Positions 1-8,708 of a stretch of 64,000 nucleotides of DNA are shown in pieces. The stretch lies in the sequence record DRR723986_3279, one strand, 5' to 3'. The first letter of the stretch is position 1; every line of letters starts with the position of its first letter. The position numbers and the translations under genes were made by a program. The notes below the pieces were generated by a model. The model ran no database searches. It saw only the letters and a list, made by a program, of their open reading frames with translations, and was not told the DNA's origin.

Positions 1-1
1 C

Positions 2-274
2 ATAATCGATACCCAATTCAAAAGGCATATTCATTCTAGCTGTCTCGCCCTTTTTTGCTGCAATAAGGCGAGAGAGGTCATGAATGCCATACATTGATTC
101 ATTTATGAGCGATAGAATATGATCAAGCCTTGCCGTGCCAGCATTTGAGTTTTCGTATGATAAACGAGGGGTCAGACCTAGATGTTTTAGGGTAAAAATT
201 GCAGCTAACAACAACACACGATATTCAGCGTCAAATGGGCAATTAATAAAAACGTTTTTTGAAAACCCAGCCAC
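2..274 (-). CDS. Partial CDS (runs off window edge): nucleoside 2-deoxyribosyltransferase-like / TIR-like fold protein
   Basis: Not in the ORF track. Manual translation from GTG at 274 gives MAGFSKNVFINCPFDAEYRVLL...GIHDLSR...RMNMPFELGIDY. AAGG RBS just after the stop of the upstream gene; VFI-x-x-PF, D-L-S and N-x-x-FELG motifs. Confidence 0.7.
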   Translation of the reverse strand, partial: MAGFSKNVFINCPFDAEYRVLLLAAIFTLKHLGLTPRLSYENSNAGTARLDHILSLINESMYGIHDLSRLIAAKKGETARMNMPFELGIDY

Positions 275-285
275 AATCAGCCTTA

Positions 286-477
286 TTATTTTTTAATGCG
301 TCCATTCGCTTTATGAACTACAACCCTCGTACCTTGATTAGCGCTCATCTTGCGCGCGGCAACTTCTGCGGCACGCTGTGTCCCATATCGACCAGAAATC
401 CTCGTAGCACCTGCTTTACGCACAGCCCAGCCACCATCGGGATTTCTAACTACGTGGTGTGTTTTTGATTGTGCCAT
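286..477 (-). CDS. DUF2188 family small basic protein
   Basis: HHVVRNPDGGWAVRKAGATR...TQRAA...VVVHKANGRIK matches the DUF2188 pattern (HVVP..GGW.V...G..RAS....TQ.EA....R.......L.IH..DG.I). Confidence 0.8.
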   Translation of the reverse strand: MAQSKTHHVVRNPDGGWAVRKAGATRISGRYGTQRAAEVAARKMSANQGTRVVVHKANGRIKK

Positions 478-675
478 TGAAGTTCAGACCTAATAATTGT
501 CCACAATTAACTTTAAGAAACATATTATATCTGCATTTTACTGCGCCGTCACCTGAATCCATGCGCTGAAATTTAACACTCAAAGTGCAACAAGGCATCC
601 CTTAAACCACAAGACGTTCACGGCGTTCGACACAAGGGGGATGTTTCACGTGGAGCGGCGGCGAATACCGCAAGC

Positions 676-1392
676 CTAAAGCTTGGTTTGGTTTACCCGC
701 GCAATGAGCTGTTCGCCGGTTTCAACCCGCTCGGAATAGCGGTTGGTGAGGTAATTTGAATTACCGCGCGTGAGCAGGGTGAATTTCACCAGCTCCTCCA
801 GCACGTCAACGATGCGGTTATAATAGGGCGATGGTTTCATGCGGTCGTTGTCGTCAAATTCCATAAAGGCTCTGGCAACCGATGATTGGTTGGGGATGGT
901 GATCATGCGCATCCAGCGGCCCAGCACACGCAGTTGGTTCACCGTGTTAAACGACTGCGAGCCACCGCACACCTGCATCACCGCCAGCGTTTTGCCCTGC
1001 GTTGGCCGCACAGCGCCCAGCGACAGAGGCACCCAGTCTATTTGCGCTTTCATGATGCCGGTCATGGAGCCGTGGCGTTCCGGTGAGCACCAAACCTGCC
1101 CCTCGGACCATGTCATCAGCTCGCGCAGCTCTGCCACCTTGGGGTGGGTCTCGTCGGCGTTGTCGTCGGGCAGCGGCAAGCCGCTGGGGTTAAAAATGCG
1201 TGCCTCTGCGCCCATCGCTTCTAGTAGCCTTGCACTTTCTTCCACCACCAACCGGCTGAACGAACGCGCGCGCAGCGAGCCATAAAGCAGCAATATGCGC
1301 GGTGGGTGCGCGCTTTCAGGTGCGGCCATATCACTTGCGGCTGGCACGCGGAAATGCTCGGCCTCAGTGTTCGGAATATCATCTTTGCTCAT
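676..1392 (-). CDS. arsH: Arsenical resistance protein ArsH (NADPH-dependent FMN reductase)
   Basis: [61 protein letters not shown] motifs; start trimmed to MSKDD. Confidence 0.95.
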   Translation of the reverse strand: MSKDDIPNTEAEHFRVPAASDMAAPESAHPPRILLLYGSLRARSFSRLVVEESARLLEAMGAEARIFNPSGLPLPDDNADETHPKVAELRELMTWSEGQVWCSPERHGSMTGIMKAQIDWVPLSLGAVRPTQGKTLAVMQVCGGSQSFNTVNQLRVLGRWMRMITIPNQSSVARAFMEFDDNDRMKPSPYYNRIVDVLEELVKFTLLTRGNSNYLTNRYSERVETGEQLIARVNQTKL

Positions 1393-1578
1393 GCTGCAAT
1401 CGCCCGCACAGTGGGGTAAACGCTTCACCCCTGTCCCTGCACTTTTGACCGCAAAAGCCATATTTTTTCAAGCAAAACCTTGAATTAACCTAGACGCACC
1501 CCCAAATATTCCAGTATAAGAAGAAACTTAAACGATAGATCGACATAAGTCGGCGTTCGACAGACGAAGGAAAAACAA

Positions 1579-1731
1579 ATGCAACAGCAGCAAAACAATT
1601 CAGTTTTGGTTGGTTACGGCGTGACAAAAGCCGAGGCCGCAAAAATCCGTCAAGCAGCAGCAATGGCAAATGATAACACCGCCGAAAAGCGTGGTGGCCT
1701 GTTTGCCAGCGTTAAAAAAGCGTTTCGCTAA
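1579..1731 (+). CDS. Small hypothetical protein (50 aa)
   Basis: GAAGGA RBS, then ATG...TAA: MQQQQNNSVLVGYGVTKAEAAKIRQAAAMANDNTAEKRGGLFASVKKAFR; below the ORF-track length cutoff. Confidence 0.6.
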   Translation: MQQQQNNSVLVGYGVTKAEAAKIRQAAAMANDNTAEKRGGLFASVKKAFR

Positions 1732-1821
1732 ACAACCGCTTTCTTACGAACTCAGCGCTCTTTACCTGAAATCATGATTCAATGAATGGTACTGCTATGC
1801 CCGCAGAAATGCGTGCGGGGT

Positions 1822-2424
1822 TTATAGCGTGTCCAGATAATTCAGAATAGAGACAACACATGAAATGCCGGGCCAACCGGATGACCGGCTGTTGGCATAT
1901 TCAATGGTCAGCATCACATACAGCGCCTTCTTGGACCCATCATCCTCAAACTCATCATTGCCGTTAATGTAATTACTCGGCGTAATTTTCGCGTTGCTAT
2001 TAATCTGATATTTAGCCCAACCGCAATAAATCCAGTTGCCAGACGGCGGTGTGTTGCAGGTTGCGGGAACATAAGACGACGGAACACCGTTAGGGAAATA
2101 AACCGTATCAGTATCCGCTATAAACGCATCTAGGTCGTCTTTGCGCCAAGCCTGCCTGTTTCTGCTGAACCGCACATTCAAAGTGGTGCTTGACCATGCC
2201 TCGCCGTTCTCATTCACCATGATGCGAATACGCGCTGGAAGCCGGAAAAAACAACTAAGTTGAGATACAGCCGCCGCACGGGCAGACGCCTTCAAGGTTA
2301 ACACCATGGGCAGGCCAGCGGCACCCAGTTTTAACAGGTTGCGGCGGCTTGCGAACTTGTCTTGCTCACAAGTAGTGTCATCCAAGGGCTGAATGATAAC
2401 GTTTTGGTGTTCTTCTATCGGCAT
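1822..2424 (-). CDS. Twin-arginine-signal-like exported protein, paralog A
   Basis: SRRNLLKLGAAGLPMVLTLKASARA leader; 200 aa; clearly paralogous to 2563..3165. Confidence 0.75.
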   Translation of the reverse strand: MPIEEHQNVIIQPLDDTTCEQDKFASRRNLLKLGAAGLPMVLTLKASARAAAVSQLSCFFRLPARIRIMVNENGEAWSSTTLNVRFSRNRQAWRKDDLDAFIADTDTVYFPNGVPSSYVPATCNTPPSGNWIYCGWAKYQINSNAKITPSNYINGNDEFEDDGSKKALYVMLTIEYANSRSSGWPGISCVVSILNYLDTL

Positions 2425-2562
2425 ATAATCACTATTATCCTGCTGATCTAGCGCTCACACAGAGCCCCCCTTGCCAGAACAACAAATATAATAAGCAGTT
2501 AGATAAAGTTCACCTACTAGAAAATTGTCTCAATTTGTAACGGAATTAAGTAAATCCTGATA

Positions 2563-3165
2563 CTAAAGCGTATCCAGATAGTTCAAAATAGAGATAATAC
2601 AGGAAACGCCGGGCCAACCTGAAGAACGACTTTGTGAATATTCAATAGTTAGCGCCACAAACAATGCTTTGTTGGAGCCATTAGATTCAAAAGTACCGTT
2701 GTTGTTAAAGTAATTTCGCGGAACTATGTTTGAGTTAGCACCAATGTTGACTTTGGCCCAACCGCCATAAATCCATCTACCTTGCCTTGGCTGAGTTTCA
2801 GGTGCGGGAATATATTCACTTGGTACAGGGCCGGGGAAATAAACTGAATTGGCAGGTAATATAAACACGTCTAACTGGTCACCGCGCCACGCTTGTCTAT
2901 TATTGCTAAAACCAACGTTATGAGTTGTGCTGGCCCAAGCTTCACCGTCTGAGTTAATCATGATACGGTGCCGCGTTCCCGGCGTAAAAATGCACCGAAG
3001 CTGCGATACGGCAGCCTGACGGGCAGAGGCCTTGAGCGTAAGCACCATAGGCAAGCCAGCCGCGCCCAAGCGCAGCAAACTGCGTCGGTCTGCAAGCTTT
3101 TTTTGCTCGCAATCCGTTTCATCTAAAGGTTGAACGATACCGTTCTGATCGTCTTCCACAGGCAT
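2563..3165 (-). CDS. Twin-arginine-signal-like exported protein, paralog B
   Basis: DRRSLLRLGAAGLPMVLTLKASARQA leader; C-terminus SRSSGWPGxSCxxSILNYLDTL shared with paralog A. Confidence 0.75.
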   Translation of the reverse strand: MPVEDDQNGIVQPLDETDCEQKKLADRRSLLRLGAAGLPMVLTLKASARQAAVSQLRCIFTPGTRHRIMINSDGEAWASTTHNVGFSNNRQAWRGDQLDVFILPANSVYFPGPVPSEYIPAPETQPRQGRWIYGGWAKVNIGANSNIVPRNYFNNNGTFESNGSNKALFVALTIEYSQSRSSGWPGVSCIISILNYLDTL

Positions 3166-3283
3166 TAAACCAACAATTTTCCCATTGATCTGGCGCTTAT
3201 TTCAAGCCTAGCCCCAACCAGAACAGTTTGTACAATAAGGGAAAAAAACATATTTGCAAAAAAAAACCACACATTGTGTAATT

Positions 3284-4594
3284 TTACACTGATGCGGCGA
3301 GCCGTTCTTTCAAATGTGCCACCACCGGTGCAGAGGCATCGCACGCAAGCGCCCGCTTGAAACTCAAGGATGCTTCCTTTGGACGCTTAAGCATGCGTAA
3401 TAGCTCACCGCGCGCTATGTGATAAGGCGCATAATCTAACAGCCTTTCATGCTTGGCTAGCGCCTCAAGCTTAAGGAAAGCGGCTTCGGGTGCGCCGGCA
3501 AAGGCCTCCGCCACGCAAGCATTGACGGCAACAACCGGCGAGCCGGTTATCTCCTCAAGCTGCGCGTATATACGCTGCAGTTGCGCCCAATTGGTGGCTG
3601 AAAAGTCAGGGGCAGCCGCGTGCGACGCGGCAATGGCCGCCTCCAGGTGATACCGCGACAACCCATTACCCGCTTGTGCCGCTTTCAAATAGATGAAGCC
3701 TTTCGCAATTAAACTACGGTCCCACAGCACCCGGTTTTGATCACGCAGTAACACAAGTGCACCGCGCGTATCGACCCGAGCATCAAACCGCGATGCCTGA
3801 AATGCAAGCAATGCGGCAAGGGCATTTGCATCTGGGTAGGTGGTCTCTTTGGCATCTGCAACCAAATGTGCCAACCGGAGGGCCTCTTCTGCAACATCGC
3901 GCAGTATCAACGCATCGCCCCTGCGCGGCGCATAACCCAGGCTGAACATCAGGTAGATAACCTTAAGCACGGTTGGTAAACGTTCTTTCAGCTCAAACCG
4001 ACTAGGGCCATCAGTGATAGAACTACCTCGACCCGACACCTCAAGCGCCCGCAACTTTCGCTTGGCCCGAGCCAAGCGTTGGCCGACCGCTGTATCTTTT
4101 TTTAGAAATACCGCACCGATATCTTTGGCGGTAAAGCCACTTACCACCTTGAGGGTAAGCATAAGCTGGTCTTCCTGACTAATCTCAGGCTGGCAACATA
4201 GAAAAATAAGCTTCAACTCGGGGTCGGTAATGCGCGCCCCAAAAAGTTGGCCATGCGTTGCATCGCTGGTGTCAACCGAACTGGCTTCAGTTTCCGGTTC
4301 AATGTCATCCAGCCACGGGCTTTCCCTGCCCTGCTTACGCAGCCGGTCATAGGCTTTGTTGCGCGCCACCCGGTTCAACCATGCGGCAGGGTTGTCAGGA
4401 ATGCCCTTATACGGCCATGCCGCCATAGCGGCCAGGATTGCCTCTTGAACCACATCTTCGGCCATTTCCAGGCGCGCTGGCCCTAATTTGCCCACCAAAA
4501 GTGCCACCAACCGGCCCCGCTCGCGCCGGGCAAGCTTTTCCAGTTGATGGTTAATAACCTCAAAGGCCAATTCTGGTTCAGCTGTGTCAGTCAA
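3284..4594 (-). CDS. ECF RNA polymerase sigma factor with long C-terminal TPR-like extension (ECF42-type)
   Basis: AEDVVQEA, WPYKGIPDNPAAWL..VARNKAYD, LIFLCC.P, QRLARAKRKL, SRYHLEAAIAA.H motifs; start probably the TTG overlapping the upstream stop. Confidence 0.9.
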   Translation of the reverse strand: MTDTAEPELAFEVINHQLEKLARRERGRLVALLVGKLGPARLEMAEDVVQEAILAAMAAWPYKGIPDNPAAWLNRVARNKAYDRLRKQGRESPWLDDIEPETEASSVDTSDATHGQLFGARITDPELKLIFLCCQPEISQEDQLMLTLKVVSGFTAKDIGAVFLKKDTAVGQRLARAKRKLRALEVSGRGSSITDGPSRFELKERLPTVLKVIYLMFSLGYAPRRGDALILRDVAEEALRLAHLVADAKETTYPDANALAALLAFQASRFDARVDTRGALVLLRDQNRVLWDRSLIAKGFIYLKAAQAGNGLSRYHLEAAIAASHAAAPDFSATNWAQLQRIYAQLEEITGSPVVAVNACVAEAFAGAPEAAFLKLEALAKHERLLDYAPYHIARGELLRMLKRPKEASLSFKRALACDASAPVVAHLKERLAASV

Positions 4595-4955
4595 CGGCGT
4601 GAATTTCCCGAATTTCCAAGCTGTTATTATGCACCATATGTGGGCAGGTTTTTGCAATGGCAACGGCTGCATCGTAGTCGGCGGCTTTCACCATCATCAC
4701 ACCGCCCAAAACTTCAGCCAATTCCGCCATAGGTGAATCGTGCACTTCAATGCCGCCATCCGTTTTGGTTAAAACTTTACCGGGGCCATCTGCCAATTTT
4801 TCACCGCCAGTATATATGCCTTCCGCGGTTAGTTTTTCAGTCCAGGCAACATAGTCAGATATAATTGCCATATAATCGTCTTCTGACAGGCCAGTATATC
4901 GGTTCGGTGCATGGTTCAGCATAAGCATGTATGTTTTCATTGGTTTCTCTTTCAC
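4587..4955 (-). CDS. YciI/DGPF family protein
   Basis: YMLML...HDSPMAELAEVLGG...A..YD.AV.IAK.CP...LEIREI; the usual partner upstream of ECF42-type sigmas. Confidence 0.85.
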   Translation of the reverse strand: MKEKPMKTYMLMLNHAPNRYTGLSEDDYMAIISDYVAWTEKLTAEGIYTGGEKLADGPGKVLTKTDGGIEVHDSPMAELAEVLGGVMMVKAADYDAAVAIAKTCPHMVHNNSLEIREIHAVD

Positions 4956-5027
4956 AAATTTTTGTTCAGGTTTACCGACTTTTGATAAAATGGATAAGCA
5001 TAAGTTTCATGCATTACCTGAAAAAGT

Positions 5028-5054
5028 GACGAACAATATTTGCCAAATTTGACT
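5028..5054 (-). promoter_or_regulatory. Putative autoregulated ECF42-type promoter
   Basis: Minus strand reads AGTCAA-N17-CGTC, close to the TGTCGA/CGTC motif described for ECF42, upstream of the yciI-sigma operon. Confidence 0.45.
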
Positions 5055-5199
5055 CGGTTTTTAGAAAAAAACCAAAATACTTTCTGTGATCAAGAGTATA
5101 AATCCAGCGAATAGATCTTGAATCAGCCTATTTCATCCTTATGTGTTTATTATAACAATAAACAAAAAAGACATAACAGCGAGGAAAGAGGAGGGCCAG

Positions 5200-5406
5200 A
5201 TGCGCCTACTATTGGCGATCATATTACCACCCGTCGTATTTTTCACCATTAACCGCCCGTTCCAGGGGCTATTTTGCGCATTCATGTGGCTCACCATTAT
5301 TGGCTGGCCGGTTGCAGCGATTTGGGCAATTTATGCCTTAAGCCAATACCGCAACGAAGAGCTTAGGCGCGAAATGGGCTATGACCGTCGTTATGGCCGT
5401 TACTGA
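5200..5406 (+). CDS. YqaE/Pmp3 family small membrane protein
   Basis: MRLLLAIILPP...LTIIGWPVAAIWAIY; GAGGG RBS before ATG 5200. Confidence 0.8.
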   Translation: MRLLLAIILPPVVFFTINRPFQGLFCAFMWLTIIGWPVAAIWAIYALSQYRNEELRREMGYDRRYGRY

Positions 5407-5474
5407 GACCTGTACTGAAACCAGTATTAGGGCTCAGGTTCTGTAATACAGAACACGGGTAAAGGGGAAATACG

Positions 5475-5819
5475 ATGATTGGATCAATTCTCATTGGTGC
5501 CTTGGCCGGCTATTTGGCAGGGCATATATTGCGCGGCAAAGGGTACGGCGCGATTGGTAATATCATATTAGGCGTTTTTGGCGGCCTGATTGGCGACTTT
5601 TTGTTCGGCATCATCGGGCTTGGCCCAACCGGTGTGGTAGGCGACATTATCGCGGCCACTGTTGGATCGGTTATTTTAGTGTTTGCTTTCGGCAAAAAGC
5701 GCCCAAAGCACCATGATGATTTGCGGGACGATGACTACCGGGAAACCAGAAAACGCTACCGGGACGAAGCCCGCAACCGAAGGCATGGCCATAGACATAG
5801 CCACCGGCGCGACTATTAA
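5475..5819 (+). CDS. GlsB/YeaQ/YmgE family membrane protein with charged His/Arg tail
   Basis: ILIGALAGYLAG.I.RG.G.G.IGNIILGV.GG.IG...A.VGSVILV pattern. Confidence 0.85.
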   Translation: MIGSILIGALAGYLAGHILRGKGYGAIGNIILGVFGGLIGDFLFGIIGLGPTGVVGDIIAATVGSVILVFAFGKKRPKHHDDLRDDDYRETRKRYRDEARNRRHGHRHSHRRDY

Positions 5820-5898
5820 GAAGGTAAAGCGCTGCGGTTAAAACCCAGTAAAGCACAGTGTTTGAAGCACTGGAGTTAAACGCAGTGTTTTGCACGGC

Positions 5899-7032
5899 TC
5901 ATCCAGCGAACCTGTCCGGGCTATACCAGCTCAACTCAGCGCCGTGCGCCTTAATGTCATCTGGCATACCGTGGCCTAATATCATGCTGGCGGCAAGGCG
6001 CGACCATGCGGGCGAGGTTTGAATGCCGTATCCACCCTGCCCCACGCTCCAGAAAAAAGCATCTGACGCCTGGCTAAAGCCTATCACCGGCGCACGGTCT
6101 GGCGCAAATGTGCGCAGGCCGGCCCATTTTGCCTCAATGGTCTTTACAGAAGAACCCGTTGCCCGTTCAAAGTGATCAACGGCAATAGCAACGTCCTCCA
6201 TTTCGGGCTGACAATCAGACGGCGGGCTGGGAATTTCATCCGCTGGAGACACCAAATAGCCCTTGCCCTCAGGCTTAAAATAAAAATCCTCATCAAAATC
6301 AAAAATCACCGGCGCGTCTTTATTGAAAGGCAAACCTTCGGGGTTTGGTATTGTTACCAGCGTGCGCCGCATAGGCACAAGGCCAATAGGCGGCAAACCG
6401 CAGCGCTCAGCCACATGGTCGCCCCACGCACCCGCGCAGTTTATAATATAGCGAGCTTCAACACATTCTCCGCGTAGCACAGCCTTCCAAACGCGTCCGT
6501 CATATTCGGCACTTTCAAGGTCCGAGCCTAGTAGGAGTTCAGCGCCCGTTCTTTTCGCTGCCCTGAGATACCCTTGGTGCAAGGCCGCCACATCCAGGCT
6601 GCCGCACTCATTGTCATGGATAGCGCCTTTAAAACGCCCCCTGCTCAACTGTGGTAATTTGTTAGAAAGCGCATCTGCGTTCAGCATTTCAACATGCGGT
6701 AATGTTGCCTGAGTGACTGCAAACCGTTCCTGAGCGCGCTGTTCGCGGGCCCCGTCAAAAAGGTAAACCGCACCCATTGCTTGCATAAGCGGCGTTTCAC
6801 TAAAACCAAACGGCGGTGACCTTAAAAAGCTTTTCGAACAGGTGGTCAGCGGCTGAACCTTCTCGCCGCCGTATGTTTCAGCATAAAAAGCGGCCGAACG
6901 GCCCGTTGTATGATAGTCGGCCTGTGCCTCCATATCACACACGAGAATGTCACCGTGCCCGGCCAAGCGGTAGGCCATGCCCGCACCGGCAATGCCCGCG
7001 CCCACTAATAGAAAATCGACCTTGCGCATCAT
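5899..7032 (-). CDS. FAD-dependent oxidoreductase (DAO / glycine-D-amino acid oxidase family)
   Basis: GAGIAG dinucleotide motif, YHTTGRSAA, WAGLRTFAPDRAPVIG, GQGGYGIQTSP. Confidence 0.9.
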   Translation of the reverse strand: MMRKVDFLLVGAGIAGAGMAYRLAGHGDILVCDMEAQADYHTTGRSAAFYAETYGGEKVQPLTTCSKSFLRSPPFGFSETPLMQAMGAVYLFDGAREQRAQERFAVTQATLPHVEMLNADALSNKLPQLSRGRFKGAIHDNECGSLDVAALHQGYLRAAKRTGAELLLGSDLESAEYDGRVWKAVLRGECVEARYIINCAGAWGDHVAERCGLPPIGLVPMRRTLVTIPNPEGLPFNKDAPVIFDFDEDFYFKPEGKGYLVSPADEIPSPPSDCQPEMEDVAIAVDHFERATGSSVKTIEAKWAGLRTFAPDRAPVIGFSQASDAFFWSVGQGGYGIQTSPAWSRLAASMILGHGMPDDIKAHGAELSWYSPDRFAG

Positions 7033-7150
7033 CGCTCCATTGATCTTTACCGCTCTCTTGTGGTCTAACAGTTCAGGATTTGCAACCCGCCACAGGCAAC
7101 AATTATGATCAGGGTTCAAAGCAGGTAATTATCACGGCGCGGGGAACATA

Positions 7151-7969
7151 ATGACCAACAATCTATCAATCGAAGAAATTGAAGAGCTTAAAGCATTTGC
7201 CTGCAAGTTAGCCGATGCTGCCGAAACAATATCTTTGAAATATTTCAGGCAAACCGTCACCGTTGATAACAAACTGTCAGGCGGCGGTTTTGACCCGGTA
7301 ACACAGGCAGACCGGGGTGCAGAGCAAGCCATTCGCGCGCTAATTGAAAGCAAGTACCCTGACCACCAGATTTTCGGCGAAGAGTTTGGTCGCAAACGCA
7401 CGGATAGCCCGTTTGAATGGGTGCTTGACCCCATTGACGGTACTCGCGCTTTCATATCTGGCCTGCCAACATGGGGCACACTTATTGGGCTGCGCTACCG
7501 GGGTGAACCCATCATCGGCGTGATCGACCAACCTTACATGCGCGAACGTTACTTAGGTTGGGCGACGGCGTCAGCGTCAGGGGCCACTTTAAACGGCACG
7601 CCTATCACCACGCGGACGTGTGCATCCATGACAGCAGCCACCATTTCCACCACTGACCCTGACCTGTTTAAGGCGTTTGAACGCCCCTTGTTTGACGACC
7701 TGTTGGCACAGAGCAAACTGGTTCGCTACGGGCTGGACTGCTACGCCTATGCCATTTTGGCCAGCGGCTTCTTTGATGTTGTGATCGAAACTGGGCTGGA
7801 GCTATACGACATGATGGCACTGATACCCGTGGTACGCGGTGCGGGCGGCTCTGCAACTGGCTGGTCTGGTGAAAGCCCTGGCGCTTCTGGTCGCTTGCTT
7901 GCGGTCGGGGACCCGGCATTGGCCGAAACACTTCTTAAACAGACGGCACGCTTCGACCAATCCGAGTAA
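7151..7969 (+). CDS. hisN: Histidinol-phosphatase, inositol monophosphatase family
   Basis: FDPVTQADRGAE, GEEFG, WVLDPIDGTRAFISGLPTWGTLI, DCYAY, YDMMAL. Confidence 0.85.
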   Translation: MTNNLSIEEIEELKAFACKLADAAETISLKYFRQTVTVDNKLSGGGFDPVTQADRGAEQAIRALIESKYPDHQIFGEEFGRKRTDSPFEWVLDPIDGTRAFISGLPTWGTLIGLRYRGEPIIGVIDQPYMRERYLGWATASASGATLNGTPITTRTCASMTAATISTTDPDLFKAFERPLFDDLLAQSKLVRYGLDCYAYAILASGFFDVVIETGLELYDMMALIPVVRGAGGSATGWSGESPGASGRLLAVGDPALAETLLKQTARFDQSE

Positions 7970-8085
7970 GCATTCCCCTCTAAGCCTTGCAGGCAAAGAA
8001 TTGCCTTTTGAGGCAATAATGACTTATGGTGTATGCGCAGGTACAGCAGGCTACATTGAAGCCCGCTGGAAAAACGGAGCTTCTC

Positions 8086-8682
8086 TTGGGACGCCCAACA
8101 AAATTTAACCGCGATGATGCAATTGAGATTGCCATGCATACCTTTTGGACCAAAGGGTATGAACCAACTTCTGTATCCGATCTGGCGACCGCCATGAACA
8201 TCACCCGGTCAAGCTTCTATAATAGCTTTAAAGACCGCGAGCGGCTATTTGCAGAAGCGCTGGTGCGCTATAATGACAATGACACAGACGCAGCACTGAC
8301 AGGCAAAATACCCGGCCTTTCTGCCGCCGAGGCGCTTCATGTTTTTTTTGACACCATCTGCGCAAAACTATCTGCTGACCCCTTGGCACGCGGGTGCCTG
8401 ATTGTGAATTGCTTCATGCAAGCCAGCCTAGACAAACCAGCCCCGCCCGGTGTGCAGGCCTTTCTGAATACTAAATTGCAGCAATTTACTGCCCGGGTTA
8501 ACGAGGCAAAAGCGGACGACACCTTAAGTGCAAACACCAGCACAGCTTTGCTGGCAAAAAACCTGCTGGCTTACCTGATTGGGTTGAATGTCATCAGTAA
8601 ATCTGTGCGTGATGAAACAACATTAAAAGAAATGACAAGGCAGTTTCTTGAAAATGCCGGCTTTAAGCGACAGCAACACTGA
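8086..8682 (+). CDS. TetR/AcrR family transcriptional regulator
   Basis: GRPTKF...FWTKGYEPTSVSDL..AMNITRSSFYNSF HTH and GCLIVN; GGAG RBS before TTG 8086. Confidence 0.9.
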   Translation: MGRPTKFNRDDAIEIAMHTFWTKGYEPTSVSDLATAMNITRSSFYNSFKDRERLFAEALVRYNDNDTDAALTGKIPGLSAAEALHVFFDTICAKLSADPLARGCLIVNCFMQASLDKPAPPGVQAFLNTKLQQFTARVNEAKADDTLSANTSTALLAKNLLAYLIGLNVISKSVRDETTLKEMTRQFLENAGFKRQQH

Positions 8683-8708
8683 TTGGCTTTTGATAAATTT
8701 GATAAGGG

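Noticed and set aside
616..628. GTTC...GTTC as a LexA box
   Set aside because: Spacer is 5 nt rather than 7.
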